In this document: positions 1 through 14,300 of the stretch, one piece after another
Numbering within the stretch: the first letter of the stretch is position 1
Layout: each line of letters begins with the position of its first letter
NCBI GenBank assembly: GCA_012295275.1
Contig: CM022671.1
Location: forward strand, 6,324,001-6,388,000
Reading direction: 5' to 3'
Length of the DNA stretch: 64,000 nucleotides
DNA from: Chrysomallon squamiferum
Lineage: Eukaryota; Animalia; Mollusca
Made by a program: the position numbers and the translations under genes
The notes under the pieces: model-generated
Database searches by the model: none
Seen by the model: only the letters and a program-made list of their open reading frames with translations
Told to the model about the DNA's origin: nothing

Positions 1-168
1 AATAAATAAATAAATAATTATAATAATATTAAAAATAGTAATTGTCATGCACCACTAGAACTCCGATTTTTATAAATCTGACAACTTATAGTTCCAGGTT
101 TGAGAATGATTGTATCAGACACTGATGGGGGAACAAATAATCAAAAATAAATAAATAATTAAAACCAG

Positions 169-226
<58 letters not shown>

Positions 227-2241
227 TTAAAAAAAAACCCCAGAAAAACCCACCATACAATTAAAATTAAATATAATAAATAAAAAACATCACACATTTA
301 TGAATATAAAATTATAAACTTTATTATATATATTTTTTTTAAAATACAACATTCTGTATGTACAAACATATATTTTTCTACAAATTTACTATATACACAG
401 TTATTCGTAGCTGATAAATCAGAAAATGTGTATTACATACTAATGATTCTTCTTGAAAAATTCACAGAATAGCGTTATGTTTTTATGGTTTTTAAAAGAG
501 GGGAGATAACTACGAATTATTATTTATTAAATGCATTAAATACACGTGTAAACGTAGAATGATAGTGCCACGAAACCTCCATATAATTGTACAAATAATG
601 ACTGGTGGTTTTGAAAGTAATATTTTATTAACATCAAATGACCTTAACCTTTGATATTTTAAGACCGGTAGCCTTCGAAATTTTTCTATTGCTATGATTT
701 GTTATTTTGAATTTAGAACAAATATTTCTAGAAACGATTAGGAACTAAAAATAACTTTTTATGATGCGAAAGAAAAGGAATAATCTTTTTTATTATTATT
801 ATTTATAAAATGCATAATTTGCAGTAGAAAACAAGACAATATAATTGAAGAATAAAAATTAAGATTTACGCCATTGTTTACCGCCCACGGACAGCTAATG
901 ATACTTTTTTTTTTTTTGTTTTTGTGGTTTTCAACAAGAGACACAGGTCATGCACGAGCTATTCACGAGCTATTCCTGCTTATAAACAGAAAACAATCTT
1001 TTACAAGTTATTAAAAGCACATATTTCTGGGACTGGTTGGATCAAGAAAAAGTCTTAAATATAAAACATTTCTTCCAACAGCACTATCAAAATCCCCAAC
1101 TCCCGTGAAAACCTCCGTATGTATAATATATGTGACAAGTTTCCATGAGAGGCACATGTAGTCATCGATAATAATAAGCTGTGACCTTTTTTCTTTCTTT
1201 ATATATATGTTAAAATAAATTTTGAAAAAAATAAAATAAACATCTTATAATTTTACCATCATTTACTGATTAAAGTACTGAACGTAAGTATAATGAATTT
1301 AAGATAGAATATTGTTGTTGTTGTTGTTGTAAGTTTGAGAAAATAATTTTCCAATTTTTACTGCTATTAAATATGAATGCAGTATATAAAAATATTGGAT
1401 TTAAGACTGGACAAATCAAAAGAATTAACTACAAATTTGTGAAACAAAACAATCTGCATTATCATAACAGCTGTCAAATAAAATGTTATTTGTTACAGTG
1501 ACAAAAAGAAACCTATCCATCTGAAACTTTCATTTATTTAATTATTTATTTTAAACCAATCTACTAAAAATGATTTAAAAAAAATAAACAACAAAGCAAG
1601 AGAAAAAAAAAACTAATTCACAAAACAAAACTACAATGTATCATTCATGGAAACAGATCACATATGAAAAATAGTCCATAGAAAATATAAAGACATTTTA
1701 TTTCATATATAAATTTATAAAAACAAACAAAGGCTATACAAATATAAATTCTGATCTCAGTTGTTTTCTACTCTAGTAATTTCGATAAATACAGAAAAAC
1801 TAAAACATTTATTATTTTTTGTTTAAATATAATATATACATATTGCTATTCATCTACAAATATTTCAATTTCAATAAAGCTATTCAAATATCTTGCTAGT
1901 TTTTATTTTTGCTTTTAAAAATTTCTCAACAGATGTATGTCATCTCAAAATTAATTTCAGCCAAAAAAAAAAAAAAAAAAAAAAGACTAAATGTCATCAC
2001 TGTAAAAACAAAACATTTATTATGCAATGGTCTGCTTCTTTATCTAAATTGAAAAACTTTTCTTGTTTTCTGGCACACTGAAGTATTACTGCATATTTAA
2101 AGTATTTTTTTTTTTTTTTTGTTATTTTGTTGCTGTTATTGTTCTTGTTCTTTTCACTTGTTTGTTTGTTTGGCTGGTTTCAACCAGTTTCTCTTCTCAG
2201 ATCTTTCTCTTTCTCTTGATCCTTTGACTTTTCATCAAACT

Positions 2242-2257
2242 TTATTTGCCTGTAAAG

Positions 2258-2329
<72 letters not shown>

Positions 2330-5300
2330 CAACAACAACAATAATAATCATAATAATAATAATAAAGTTCATCATATTAATAGCAGAAGTAGTTATATAA
2401 CTTTAATAGTAGTTATAGTGCTAGTAACAACAGTAGTAGTAATAGTTATGATACTAGTAGTAGTAGTAGTAGTAGTAGAATTGTTTTTGGATTTCTTGTT
2501 GCTCTGGTTTAAAACTCTTTAACCAGGCTGTTTGTTAACTCTCAGAATATTTCCTTGGATTCAGTAGAAAATTAAATCTGTCATCTATCTCTACAGAAAA
2601 ATAAATTTATAATTACAAAATTTAAAAGAAAAAAGAAAAAAAAAAGCTCAAACTAGAAAAAAAAAAAATTTACCTTTAACAACAACTTCTTCATAGGCAT
2701 CAAAAGTTTGGCCAGAGGAATATTCAATTCTTTGTGTTTCTCCTCCAGGATGAACAATGATTTCTGAAGTTTCCACGCCATGTGGGTCAAATCCTTCATT
2801 CAAGACAAACACAGCTGGGTCGCCTGAGTCTTGATGGTGACTCTCTCCAGAGATAAAAACTGCAGGATCATCTGTCACATGTGGCGAGGACCCCTCTGTT
2901 ACAAACACTGTGGCTCCTTCAGAATGGTAGGGCTGCGAGTCTCCTGTTACCATGACAGTGGCTCCTTCAGAATGGTAGGGCTGCGAGTCTCCTGTTACCA
3001 TGACGGTGGCTCCTTCAGAATGGTAGGGCTGCGAGTCTCCTGTTACCATGACAGTGGCTCCTTCAGAATGGTACGGCTGCGGGTCTCCTGATACCATGAC
3101 GGTGACTCCTTCAGAGTGAGACCTCTGTGATTCTCCTGATATGACGACTGTGCCCCCTTCATGATATCCATCAGTTTGTGGTTTGCTTATGATGACAGTG
3201 GCTCCTTCTGAGTGAGATGTCTGCGATTCTCCTGATATGACAATAGTGCCTCCTTCAGTATGATGGACAGGTGAGTCTCCTGAAACAATGACAGTTGTTC
3301 CTTCATAATCATGCGAACTGGGTTCTCCTGATATAACTACAGTGGCTCCTTCAGAGTGGCGTCCCTGCGAGTCGCCTGATATGACCACAGTTGCTCCCTC
3401 AGAATCCTCCATATGTGAGTCTCGTGATATGACCACAGCTGCTCCTTCAGACTGCTGCTGTTGTGAGACAGTCTTTGTGAATGAGGTTGTCTGGCTGTAG
3501 TGAGGCTGGTGGTAGCTCTCTCGCTGCGATGCCTGAGTGTGATGTGGCTGGAAGTTGGCCCTCATCGATGCTGCGGTGTAGTAGTGTGCTCTGACAGAAC
3601 CTTCCTGCAGTCGAGGTGCATTGTCGTACTGGCGGCCATACACAGAGGCATAGTCATAGTCATTACCTGTAACACACAGTTAGTGCAATGTTAGTTCTGT
3701 CTAACAGATAACACATACTATTTGGTAAACTTGTTACACAATTGTAAAGGACTGTCCTGAAATCTATTGATGATCTGGACATTTTGAGATTTTAAATTTA
3801 TTTATTTATTTATTTTGTTTTTTGTTTTTTAAGATGACCATGAAGATAAAGATGTTTCATTATAATAAAACAAAACAGCTTTTAAAGTTTCTTTTCAAAT
3901 ATAATATCAGAAGTTTTTCCAGCTTTAATATTTTAATAAAGAAGCAAATATTTCATTCTTAATTTGTGATGGATGTCATCACTGTGTTAATTAGTATATA
4001 TCCTTAACATATTTGTTTAAACCACTGAATCAGAAGAGACAAAGTGGTTGTTTTTTTCTCTCACCTCTTTCCTTCTCGTACTCAAGATCCTCCTCCTCTA
4101 TGAGAGCCTGATATCTGCTCAGCAGCCACAGTTTCCTCAGCGGTCCACACAACAGCATGATGGTGGCATTGATGAGCAGTCCAATTGCAACAGCAGCATC
4201 TCTCACCTTGAGCACACCGATAGTTGACACGAGACACCAGATGACCCACGTGGGAACACTGAGGACAGCAATTCCCAGAATCCACCTGCTCTCGTGATGA
4301 TTCTTAGATTTGCCAAACGTTGCAAAGCCGAATATGATGCAGAGGATGATGAGGATCATAACGTAGATGAGTGAAAGGACGAGTCCAAGGTCATACACAT
4401 CAATAGGTGTGCATCTTGGCCACTGCACGCTGTTGTAGTAGACATAGGTGAAGAAAGGTGGTTGTAGGATCAACCATTCCGTGCAGATGATCACCTGGAC
4501 TGCTACAAGGAGCAGGACAATCATGAAGAATCCACAAGGCTTTCCCAGCTTGCTGTACTTTACTTCATCCTTGCTCCTTCCCCTCCAGCAGTCAATGAGC
4601 TTGACAAAGAGGGCGCTGTAACACAACGCATACACAAAACCAAGGGCAAACCTTCGCAGACCACAGATCTGTTCACTGGCATGAGCAATGAAGGCAAAGA
4701 CGAGACCATAAAGGAGAATGATACCAAAACACAGTATGTAACCAAGGATGGATGTTCCTCCTCGCACTGGGTACACCACCAGCAAGTAGATGAACATGCA
4801 GAGTGACACGAACACTCCAATTCCTGCCAGTGTCGCGACAACCAAAGCCCAGATTTGAGGGAAGCGAGATGTGGCGAAGGGAATGTTGTATGTTTTGCCA
4901 GTGAGGACATCAAAGTAAGACCAGTCTGTCCGGACGCTGGAGGCAGAGCCAGAGCCAGAGCCATAGCCTGCGACAGATGAACTTTCAAAGGCGTATGGTA
5001 TTAGTGTGATTCCATTAGCAGCCAGACACTGGCAGGATGATCCACTGGGACACTTGGAGTTGGGATAAACACCTCGATCCAGATTTCCAGCACCATAGTA
5101 CAATGTTTTGTTGAGTGTGAGACCACTTTTGTAGTAACCAATCTGCAAAAAGATTTTAAGATACCAGTATAAAATGATTTGTATGTGTTTATAGACAGGG
5201 GAAGAAAGAGTGAAAATATTTGCAGATCATCATGTTTAGTAATATCTGATGTAAGTAAACAATGTAATAAAAAGAGCTTCCCAGTTCCACTAAGCATACA

Positions 5301-8300
5301 ATTTATTGTTGTTTCCTTTTTGTAATATTATTTTATTTTATTTTACTTTTATTTATTTTATTTACATGTACAAAAGAAAAAAAAATAATGTTGCAGATTA
5401 GAAGACATTACCTGCTGGTAGATGTATCTGTCAATCTCTGCATTTCTGTAGTAGTTGAGGATGTTGTACCTCACATCACCATAGCCTTGGTCAGTGAAGC
5501 GGAACTGGAAAGAGTTGTTTTTCAGCTGGTCTGGCAGGACTGCCCACTGTGCTTTAGAAATGCCATTGAAAATCATGTCCCATCGTTTGTTTTGTTGCAG
5601 AGCAAGACAGGCAGAAATGTCAATGGGTAGCTGACGACATTGTTCAATGTTGTTGAGGCCGTATGCCACCATGAAGACGGAGATGATGGTTGAGAGGACG
5701 TAGTTGTCTTGTTTCACCATGTCCACTGTGATTCTCTCCTGACCAGTACAGATCTTGGCAAAGTGTCTGGTTACCACTGAGTTGAGAAGACGACAGTTGT
5801 GAATAGTCTGGTAGAATTCTTCAAACCAGTCGTCTGGGATGTTGTGTCTGTTGTCCAGGGTCAGTGAGGTCATGTAACTGATAAAACCCTTCACATTTTC
5901 AGACCGGATCTGTATTGTGATTGCTCCTTTAGCCTGCTCCTCGAGCTCCTTAGTCACCGAGTGACTGCTGCCCCAGTAATCACTAGCCAGCCACACAAAT
6001 CTTCCCGTGAGTCCTTTGTTTCTGGTTGCCTCAAGAAGCAGTCGGATCTGATGAGGCTCCACAAAGAGGATCACAACATTGGCACCCACCTGTTGACTCA
6101 GCCTGTCCACTGCTTGTTCAGCCTCAGCCAGAGTCATGTCCACTTTGAGCTCCACCTTGTTGGCAATGCAGGCTCTTGTGCCTGCAGCATTGGCCGATCC
6201 TAGCAGAGCTTTAACAGCCGACTGTCCATAAACAGACTCTGTGTAGACCACAGTGGCGTATGTCCAGCCAAATGACTTGAGCACCTGAAGCATGAGAAGC
6301 ACCTGGATGTTGTCAGGAGGAACTGTACGCAGGAAGTAGGGATGTTGATGTTTGTTACTCAGTTCCACGGAAGTAGCAGCAGGGCTGAGTGTGGTGATCT
6401 TCAGAGGGGACAGCATGCTGCTCAGGAGAATCGAGTTCTGGCTGCTGAATGGAATCACACTGACAATGGTTTTTGGTGCAATCACCTGGCCCACACTTCC
6501 ACCATGACACAGAGCTGTGCCACTGAGCAGGCTGTACATGTCTTGTCCCAGTCTCATTGGCTGGTTGCATGTATCGAGCACCAAACCTCCAAGTTTCAGG
6601 GAGCCAGGAAGGGTCCGGTCTTTGTTAACAAGTTCAATTGCATAGAAAAATGCCATTATCTGCTGGAAGTGCCAGTCAGCAAAGATTGGGCCGCAGCGGA
6701 AAGCATTGTTGGGGTCTTTGTCGTGAACGGCTCCCACATAGACGAGATTAAGGTCAAACTGTTTGAATGGCTTGTCAACCAACATGTACCGCGAAGGCTG
6801 GTATTCAGGAAATTTACACTGACATGCGTCTTTCACTCTGCAGTCACCTTCCACACTGATTCCATACTGGATCCACAGTTTCAAGTAATCTGTGTCATTG
6901 TAACTTCCAATCTGAAACAAGTTAATGTGACAACTGTCAAATATATTTAATACACCACCTAGGTGAAATAAATCTCGTAGTATTTAACTTTAAAAAATAA
7001 ATATACGTGTGTAAAATAGAAAGAAAAATAGAAATAAATCTGTTATAAAGATTTTATAAAATAAATGATGTTTTGAAAATAACACTTGAAAATAAATTCA
7101 GTATCTTATTTTTATCAAATGAATCCTGCGAATTATTTTTGTAAAATGTGTCTGATATCAAATTAATTTAGCATGAAATATAACATTTTTTTTGGAAAGC
7201 TTATTTTCTTTTATTTTCACTGATTAAGTAACTACAATTTTTAAAAATAAAATACACTGTTGTGTATTGATATTTATTTGAAATAATATTTACTGATACT
7301 ACTTTCTACACTCACATTTGTGTACTGGTACTTGGTACTGTTGGCCCCCATCTCTGGCTTGTAGAGATGATAGCCTCTGTCACTCTCTCCTCCCTTAGTG
7401 AAATAAAATGGCTGTTTTGTGTTGTCAGTGAATCTTGCTAGTCTTGTGCCCTTGTAGATTGTTTCACGTCTCTCTCCACTGGTGAGAAACAGAGAACATA
7501 TTCCATAGTAGTTGCCATTGCAGAGTTCTTTCAAAGCGTTGTGAACACCGATGGCAGCTGAAAAGACAGCATTGATGACGTAGAGCACATACGGATCTTG
7601 AACGTAGTTGGAGGAACGAGAAATTCCAAATTCTTTATCTGTACACATTCGTGGGTACCTGGAGTTTGTGGACTGTTTGAGGAAACACTGGTGTGCTTCC
7701 TGGAAAGCTTCGAGGAACCAGGAGGTGTTGCGAATGTAGTTGCTAGGCACTTTGTTTTCCAAGTACTCATCAAACTCGGGAACATCGGCTGTCTCCACGT
7801 CCAAAGTGACAGCGTTTTTGTTTCGGATGAGGTTTGGTATTTTAGCCAGGATGTCCATGTTGTTGCCCCATTTGTCGGTGCCAATGAAGAAGTGTTTCTC
7901 GTAAATATCCTTCATCGTTTCCGTGACTTCCAGGATGGGTCGCGGGTCGTCTACAAAGAGGACGACCACTCTAGCATTCGACTTCACTTTGTTCAGAGCT
8001 CTCTGCGCTTCCTCCCTGGTGACGGTGCCGTGCTGGCCGATGACGATCTGCTGCGACACACAGATTCGGTTGAGAACAGCCAGTCTGAGAAACTCCTCCT
8101 TCCCCTTCTCCCCGACACTGTCAAACGAGCTGATTATCTGAACGTACTCGATGTTCCACCTCTTCAGATACGAGATGATGGCCCTCGCCTGTTTGTCGTC
8201 AGCGGGGACCGAACGGAGAAAGTATCTGTACTTGCGGGGATTCTGCAGCTCCAGGCTGGTGGCTCCATACGTGATCTGTGGAATGGAGATGGCTGTGAGA

Positions 8301-11300
8301 ACATCGGCTACTCGAATGGCCGACTCGGAGTCGAAAGGACCAATGTACGTGTCAAAGTTATGGGGGTCTGCCACGAGGCTGCCTCTCTGAAGTTTGATGT
8401 TCCTGCTGTGGATGTTGGCGATGAGGTTGCCAGCACGGAGAGGATTCTGGCAGACATCAAGACCAATGCCTCCAATATCAACTCCTGGTAACAAATCTTT
8501 GAAGATTCCCTTTTTGTTGTTGACGTATTCAAGAGCAAAATTAAAGGCCTCCAGTAGCTGGTAGCCATGTTTGTTGTTGATGCTGCTGCACCCATAGGGG
8601 TTGCTGTCTTTTCCTCTGTGATGAATATCAAACAAACCTGAAAAAAAAAGCCACAAAACAATTACTTCAAAAAAAATAAGTTATGAATTTACTCCTTGAT
8701 GTTTGTAAGCTATGGAATAACTACGTGACTGAAAAACAAGTCACTCTCGCAACTAACGTACCAACAAAGTAGATATCTCCGTAGATGTGTGTGAAATCCT
8801 GGAAGTTTGTGCTGGAAGGGACGCAGATTTCTCTGCATTCATCTCCACAGGATCCACTGATGTTCAGACTGGCAAACTGGTTTCGCAGGAACTGGCTCTC
8901 TGTGAGGTTTAGCTGGTTCCAGTATGTCCCCACCTGTGTAGAGCACTTGTTATTAATATGCTTTGTTTGAAATAAACACTATTAATTATTCCTCTGTATA
9001 AATAATTAATTATTCATGTATAGCACTTCTATGTACTTTTAATTAACATGGTGGCTAATTATTTAAAATTCAGTAGTTAAATAATTATTTCTATATGTAA
9101 ACATAAGTATATAATTTATTATTATTATTATTATATTTATGTATGTATGGATGTATGTGTATGTGTGTACGTAGATACGTACGGTATGTATGTATGTATG
9201 TGTGTGTGTGTGTGTGTGCATGTATGTATGTATGTACGTCTGTGTATATTTATTTCTTTATTTTTTGTGTATAAATGTTTTGTTTAGAATAACATGTAGA
9301 AGAGTGTGATACTCACAACTTTGTGTGGCACAGATCCTTTTGATACAGAGTTTGGATAATACTGTCTCATGTCAAAACCACGATTAGCTTCTCTGTTGAC
9401 AAACTTAAACAGCTGTTGTGACAAGTCATTGAACTTTACAATCTCCAGAAAGCGGATGATGTTGGGGATGTCTATTGTACAAGTGCTGTCAAACTGACCA
9501 CCACATGCTTCGGTCATTGTCTGGTCAATTCCTTGTGCCAGCGCAAAGACAGCATTTATAGTGGACAGAACTCGGATGTCCTGTTTGAAATCATTTCTTG
9601 TCAGTCGGTAGGGACTTGAGCACTTGTTTGTTGAACCGTACAATGTGCATCCTTTCACTTTCTCGTAGTATTCGGCAAGCCATGGATTGGTCGTGCTGGT
9701 GGGGTCAAGGGTCATCATGTGCTGGATGAACTCACCGATGTCGGGATTGTTCATGCGGAAGAATACTGACCCGCTGATGACGTTTTCCTGCTGACTGGGA
9801 ACGTCCCAGTAGCGGTTGGACACAAACAGAAACTTCACCTTCGGAGACAAGGCTTGATTTGCTTTCAGCAAGTCACCGATGTACACGTCCGGCTCAGAAA
9901 AAACCATCACAACCTGAGTCTTCACTTTAGCCATGGACTGCATGATCAGAGTTGGACTCCCGTCGGTTTTGAACTCAAACGAAGCCAGGATGCAAATGTT
10001 CCGCTCTTTTGTGAGTTTCTTGAACTCTGCCAGCGTGTCTCTGCTGGAAACATCAGGAGCATTCAGAGTCATCACATGAGTCCATCCCATTGATCTGGCC
10101 AGGTCAACCATTGCCATGGCAATGTGCTTGTCACTGGGAACCGTCCTGAACAGCGACGTGAACCTCTTCTTGTCCATGAGAACTGGAGATGTTGCCGCAG
10201 GGCTGACAACAGGAAACTGCATTGGACTCAACATGTCGGCGATGTTGATGGTGCTCTGGCTGTCGTACGTCAGCCATCCACGATAGTCTAGCACTTTGAT
10301 TGGACGGTTGCTGGGGGACTTGAAGTTGATGAGACCACTCATCAGACTGCTGACAAGAGTTGTAGATCGCGTAGCCGAAGTACACCCATCCAGCAGCAGA
10401 CCTCCCAGTTTAAAATTATTCCTCGACAACCAGGATCCATTGACCTTGCCACTGTTGATGTAGTCGATAGCAAACTTGAATGCTTCGGTGTACTGGAAAC
10501 CATCAACATCTCGCAGACTGCCACAGCTGAATGGGTTCTCTCCTTGACGATGGACGTCAGCAACTGCAAGGATGATGACATCCCCGTCGATGTACAGATA
10601 CTTCTGGGTGTTGAAGAGGTACATGCACTCTGGACAAAAGTAGGGACAGGTAGGCTTAATTGTGTCCGGTGAAACTCCGTTAAACAGCTTTATAGATTCA
10701 TACTTAGAAACCTGCCTTGTGCTCACTGTGTACTGCATTTTCTGAAAAATATACAGGAATTATTTCTTGTAATCACTGATAATTCATTAATTAATAAAAC
10801 ATAAACTAAATTAATTATTTAATAAACTGTTTTACAGTTCAGTTCACACAGGTTAGGGGCAGCACTTACGTATTAGTCTGATTTTTATACATAATTCAAC
10901 AGTAGTAAGAAACCTAATAATTTATTTATATTTTCAGTGAATTCATTTAACTGCCTATTAATTGCATTTTTTTAAATTTTTTAAAATTTACCAGAATATA
11001 GTTATTTGAGTTGCGGTGGTAGTTGTAGATATCAAGAGGAATATCACCGCCATAGCCGTAAAACCTGAAAGTCTCTACAGTGTCATCCATGGTGAAGACA
11101 GCACTGCGGATGTTGTTGAGAAGCAGTGAAGTCTGATTAGCTGCATGTAGGTAATTTCCACAGACACCATTGTAACCCTGACCACATAGCTGTATCAGGG
11201 TTTTGTCCAAACCATAGGCAACAGCATACACAGCATCAATGACAAATGATGTGTATGGGTCAAGCTCAAAGTTCTTGCTGTCTGTGATTGCTTTGTTCTG

Positions 11301-14300
11301 AATGTCGGAACAGTTTGTTTTGTAACCTTTGGGATTGTCATTTCCGAGACTGCACTGGTGAACAACTTCATACCACTCTTTGAACCAGGGATTTGTTTTG
11401 TACGTGTCTGCTCGAAGTGTTTTCAAATATGTTGAAAACTTCGTCAGAGGAGAGAAGTGCCACTTGAGTGAAATGACCCCATCAGCAGTGCTCTCATGAC
11501 CTGAGATGATTTTTCTAGAATCTCCCCATGTGCTTGATGCTATGATGGAAAACTCTCCGTCTGCCTTTTCTGCAGCCAGACGTTCCAGAAATTTCCTGTG
11601 GTGCCACTCTTGAGCAATCACAACAACAGGTCTGACGGCTTTCTTCCTTCTCAGCTTTGTCACAACGTCATCATCAAGCTCATTCTCGGCTACAACGCAT
11701 ATGCCCTCTTCAGCTCCAAGACGTCTGAGTTCATCGTTTCCATTTCTGGAATAAGCGTCATCAGAGACAACAACAGTCTGGACGTAAAACCACTTGAACT
11801 CCTTGAGGAGGTGAATAATGGTGAGTACTTCCTGCGTCACCCCAGGGTTCACCCGCAGGTAGTATGGGTACTTGCTGCGATCATCTAGAAGAGAGGAGGT
11901 GCTGGCGTAGCCGACGACAGGATGCTTCAACGTATTCATCAGCTCAGCGACGGGAACAGTCCGAGGTGAGGTGTGAGCAGCTACAAATGCATCCACTGAT
12001 TCTGGTTTCAGCCGGTTGCCTTGGAGATCCTGCACCTGAAGTGACCCATGCTGCACCTGTGAAATGAGGCTCGCACCTAACATGGTGTTGCTGCAGTCGT
12101 CAAAAGCGAGGCCTCCAAGGTTCACCCCGCGTAGGAAATTTGGACCAAATTTGTTCTTCACGTTTTCCAGGGCATAAACAAAGGCCTGCATTGCCTGAGC
12201 TCCTGATCTCGTTCTTGTATCAAACAGTCCACAGGTGAAAGGCGAAGGACCCTGATTGTGCAGAGTGAAGATGCCGTTGATGACGATGTCACCGTGGATG
12301 TACAAGTACTTTGAGGTGAAGGGGTCACCGAGGCATGGTTTGCATCCTGTGGAAGGACAAGGTGATGGAGGGAGACTTGTGAGTGGTGTTGTCCTGTCGC
12401 TGTTGAACATCTGAATGTTGTTGACATTTATGTCCAGGTATTTGTTGACATATGAACCAATCTACAAAATAAGTAAAATAATCAACAGATACAACCACAG
12501 CAAAAATGAGCAACTGGATAAATATCAAACCGTAAGTATACCTTAGCATCTTGGATTCTGTTTTTTATATATATATGTATATATTTACATTCAGTGCAAA
12601 AGACCTCAAATATTTTCATAAATATAATGTTTATAATCATTATAAATAATTAATATTGATCTTATCATGACTTATGCTGCATTAAATAACAAATTAAATT
12701 CTTTGACAGCCTAAAAAACACTTGTGTTTTTTCATTTTGCATTGTATAATAATAGTTTCTTAAATTAGTGTACAATATTATCTTTCTAAAATATTATACA
12801 ATGTATAATACCTTTCTAAACTGTACAATATATATTACCTTTCTAAATTACTGTACAATGTATATTACCTTTCCAAATTACTGTACAATGTACATTACCT
12901 TTCTAAATTACTGTACAATGTACATTACCTTTCTAAATTACTGTACAATGTATATTACCTTTCTGAACCTGAAACCTTTGACACCTCTGATGGGGACATT
13001 GTTGTAGTTCCACACATCAAACTTGGGGTCTGTGATGTCGCCGTTGTCTCCGAACCTCAACCTGGCAGCAGCTTTGTAAGGCTCGTACTCGTAGGACGCC
13101 ATGCTGGGGATTCTCTCTGCCTTGCTGTATGTGAAGTTCACCTTCATCAAATAGTTCCTGAGAAAATCTCCAGACTGCATCTGGAGCAGCCCGGAGCAAA
13201 CCCCAGAGGATCCTTTCCCACACTTGTCCTGCTGTGCGTCGCGCAGTGCTCTGGCATATGCGTACACCGCGTGGACAGCAGGCTCTACAAACATGTCCTG
13301 TGTAAATGCCTTGCGTTTCTGCTCCTCCGACAGCAGCACGCACTTCTTCCACGGGCCGCTGAAGCTGCAGTCGTTTCTCTTCTCGTACCACTTCTGAAAC
13401 CAAGGGTTCTCTGCCCTCGTCTCGTTCTCCTTTATCCTCACCCAGTGATCTTCGAACTCGACGATGAACCGAGACTGCGGGACAATGACAAGAATGCCAC
13501 GCGGGTACAAGTTGTTTCCGAAATTGGAATTCAGAGAAATGGAGTCCGTGAAGACCCACTGGATTTTTCCCGATCCGGAAGAGTAAAAATGAGGGCCCCT
13601 CTTCAGAAGAGCCTCAGCAACAACAGCTGTGCCCAGGAAAAGAGTTCCTATGACAGACTCCCCCGTTTTGGACTCCAGTGTGCTGGTTATCTGCTGGAAG
13701 ATGGGATCGAGAGTTTTGTTCTGCGTGTCTGTAGGTGGTGTCTGAATGGCTGTAGTGAGACAGATGTTTGCTGCATTGAGACGAGGCCGAATTTCTTCAA
13801 ACGATGATCTGCCGTATGTGTTGTCAGTGTACACAACAACTTACATACTTCCAGCCTAATCTCTTAAGTACACTTACTATAACCTGTAACAGGAATGACA
13901 ATAACAATAATAATATTAATAGTAACAATAATAACAATAACAACAACAGTAATAGTAATAATAATAATAGTAAAAATAATAAAAATAATAATAATAGTAG
14001 GAATAATAATAATAGTAATAGTAATAATAACAATAACAATAACAGTAATAATAATACTAGTAATAATAACAAAAATAATAACAACAGTAGTAATAATAAT
14101 AAATAAAAATAATGGTACAAGTAATAATAATAATAACAGTAATAATAACAATAATAGTCATAATAATAATAATAAAAATAATAACAGTAATAACCACAAC
14201 AACAACAGATATAAAAATGCCTTACATCCATAAGGAAACCATCAGGAGGCACAGTTCTCATAAATGTTGGATATTCAGATAACTTGCTCAGTTCAGAAAC

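Noticed and set aside
1-2240. Additional gene at the window start
   Set aside because: AT-rich with no credible exon; most likely 3'UTR and downstream region of receptor A
7598-8491. Plus-strand ORFs of 200-300 aa opposite the receptor exons (also 6342-6950, 13271-13807, 28331-28828, 30874-31791)
   Set aside because: Antisense shadows of coding exons or (TG)n repeats; no recognisable motifs or splice support
13808-13843. 36-nt micro-intron (GTAAGT...GGCAG) as an explanation for the paralogue A frameshift
   Set aside because: Removing it leaves the shifted frame, hits TGA within four codons and deletes the conserved VVYTDNTYG strand
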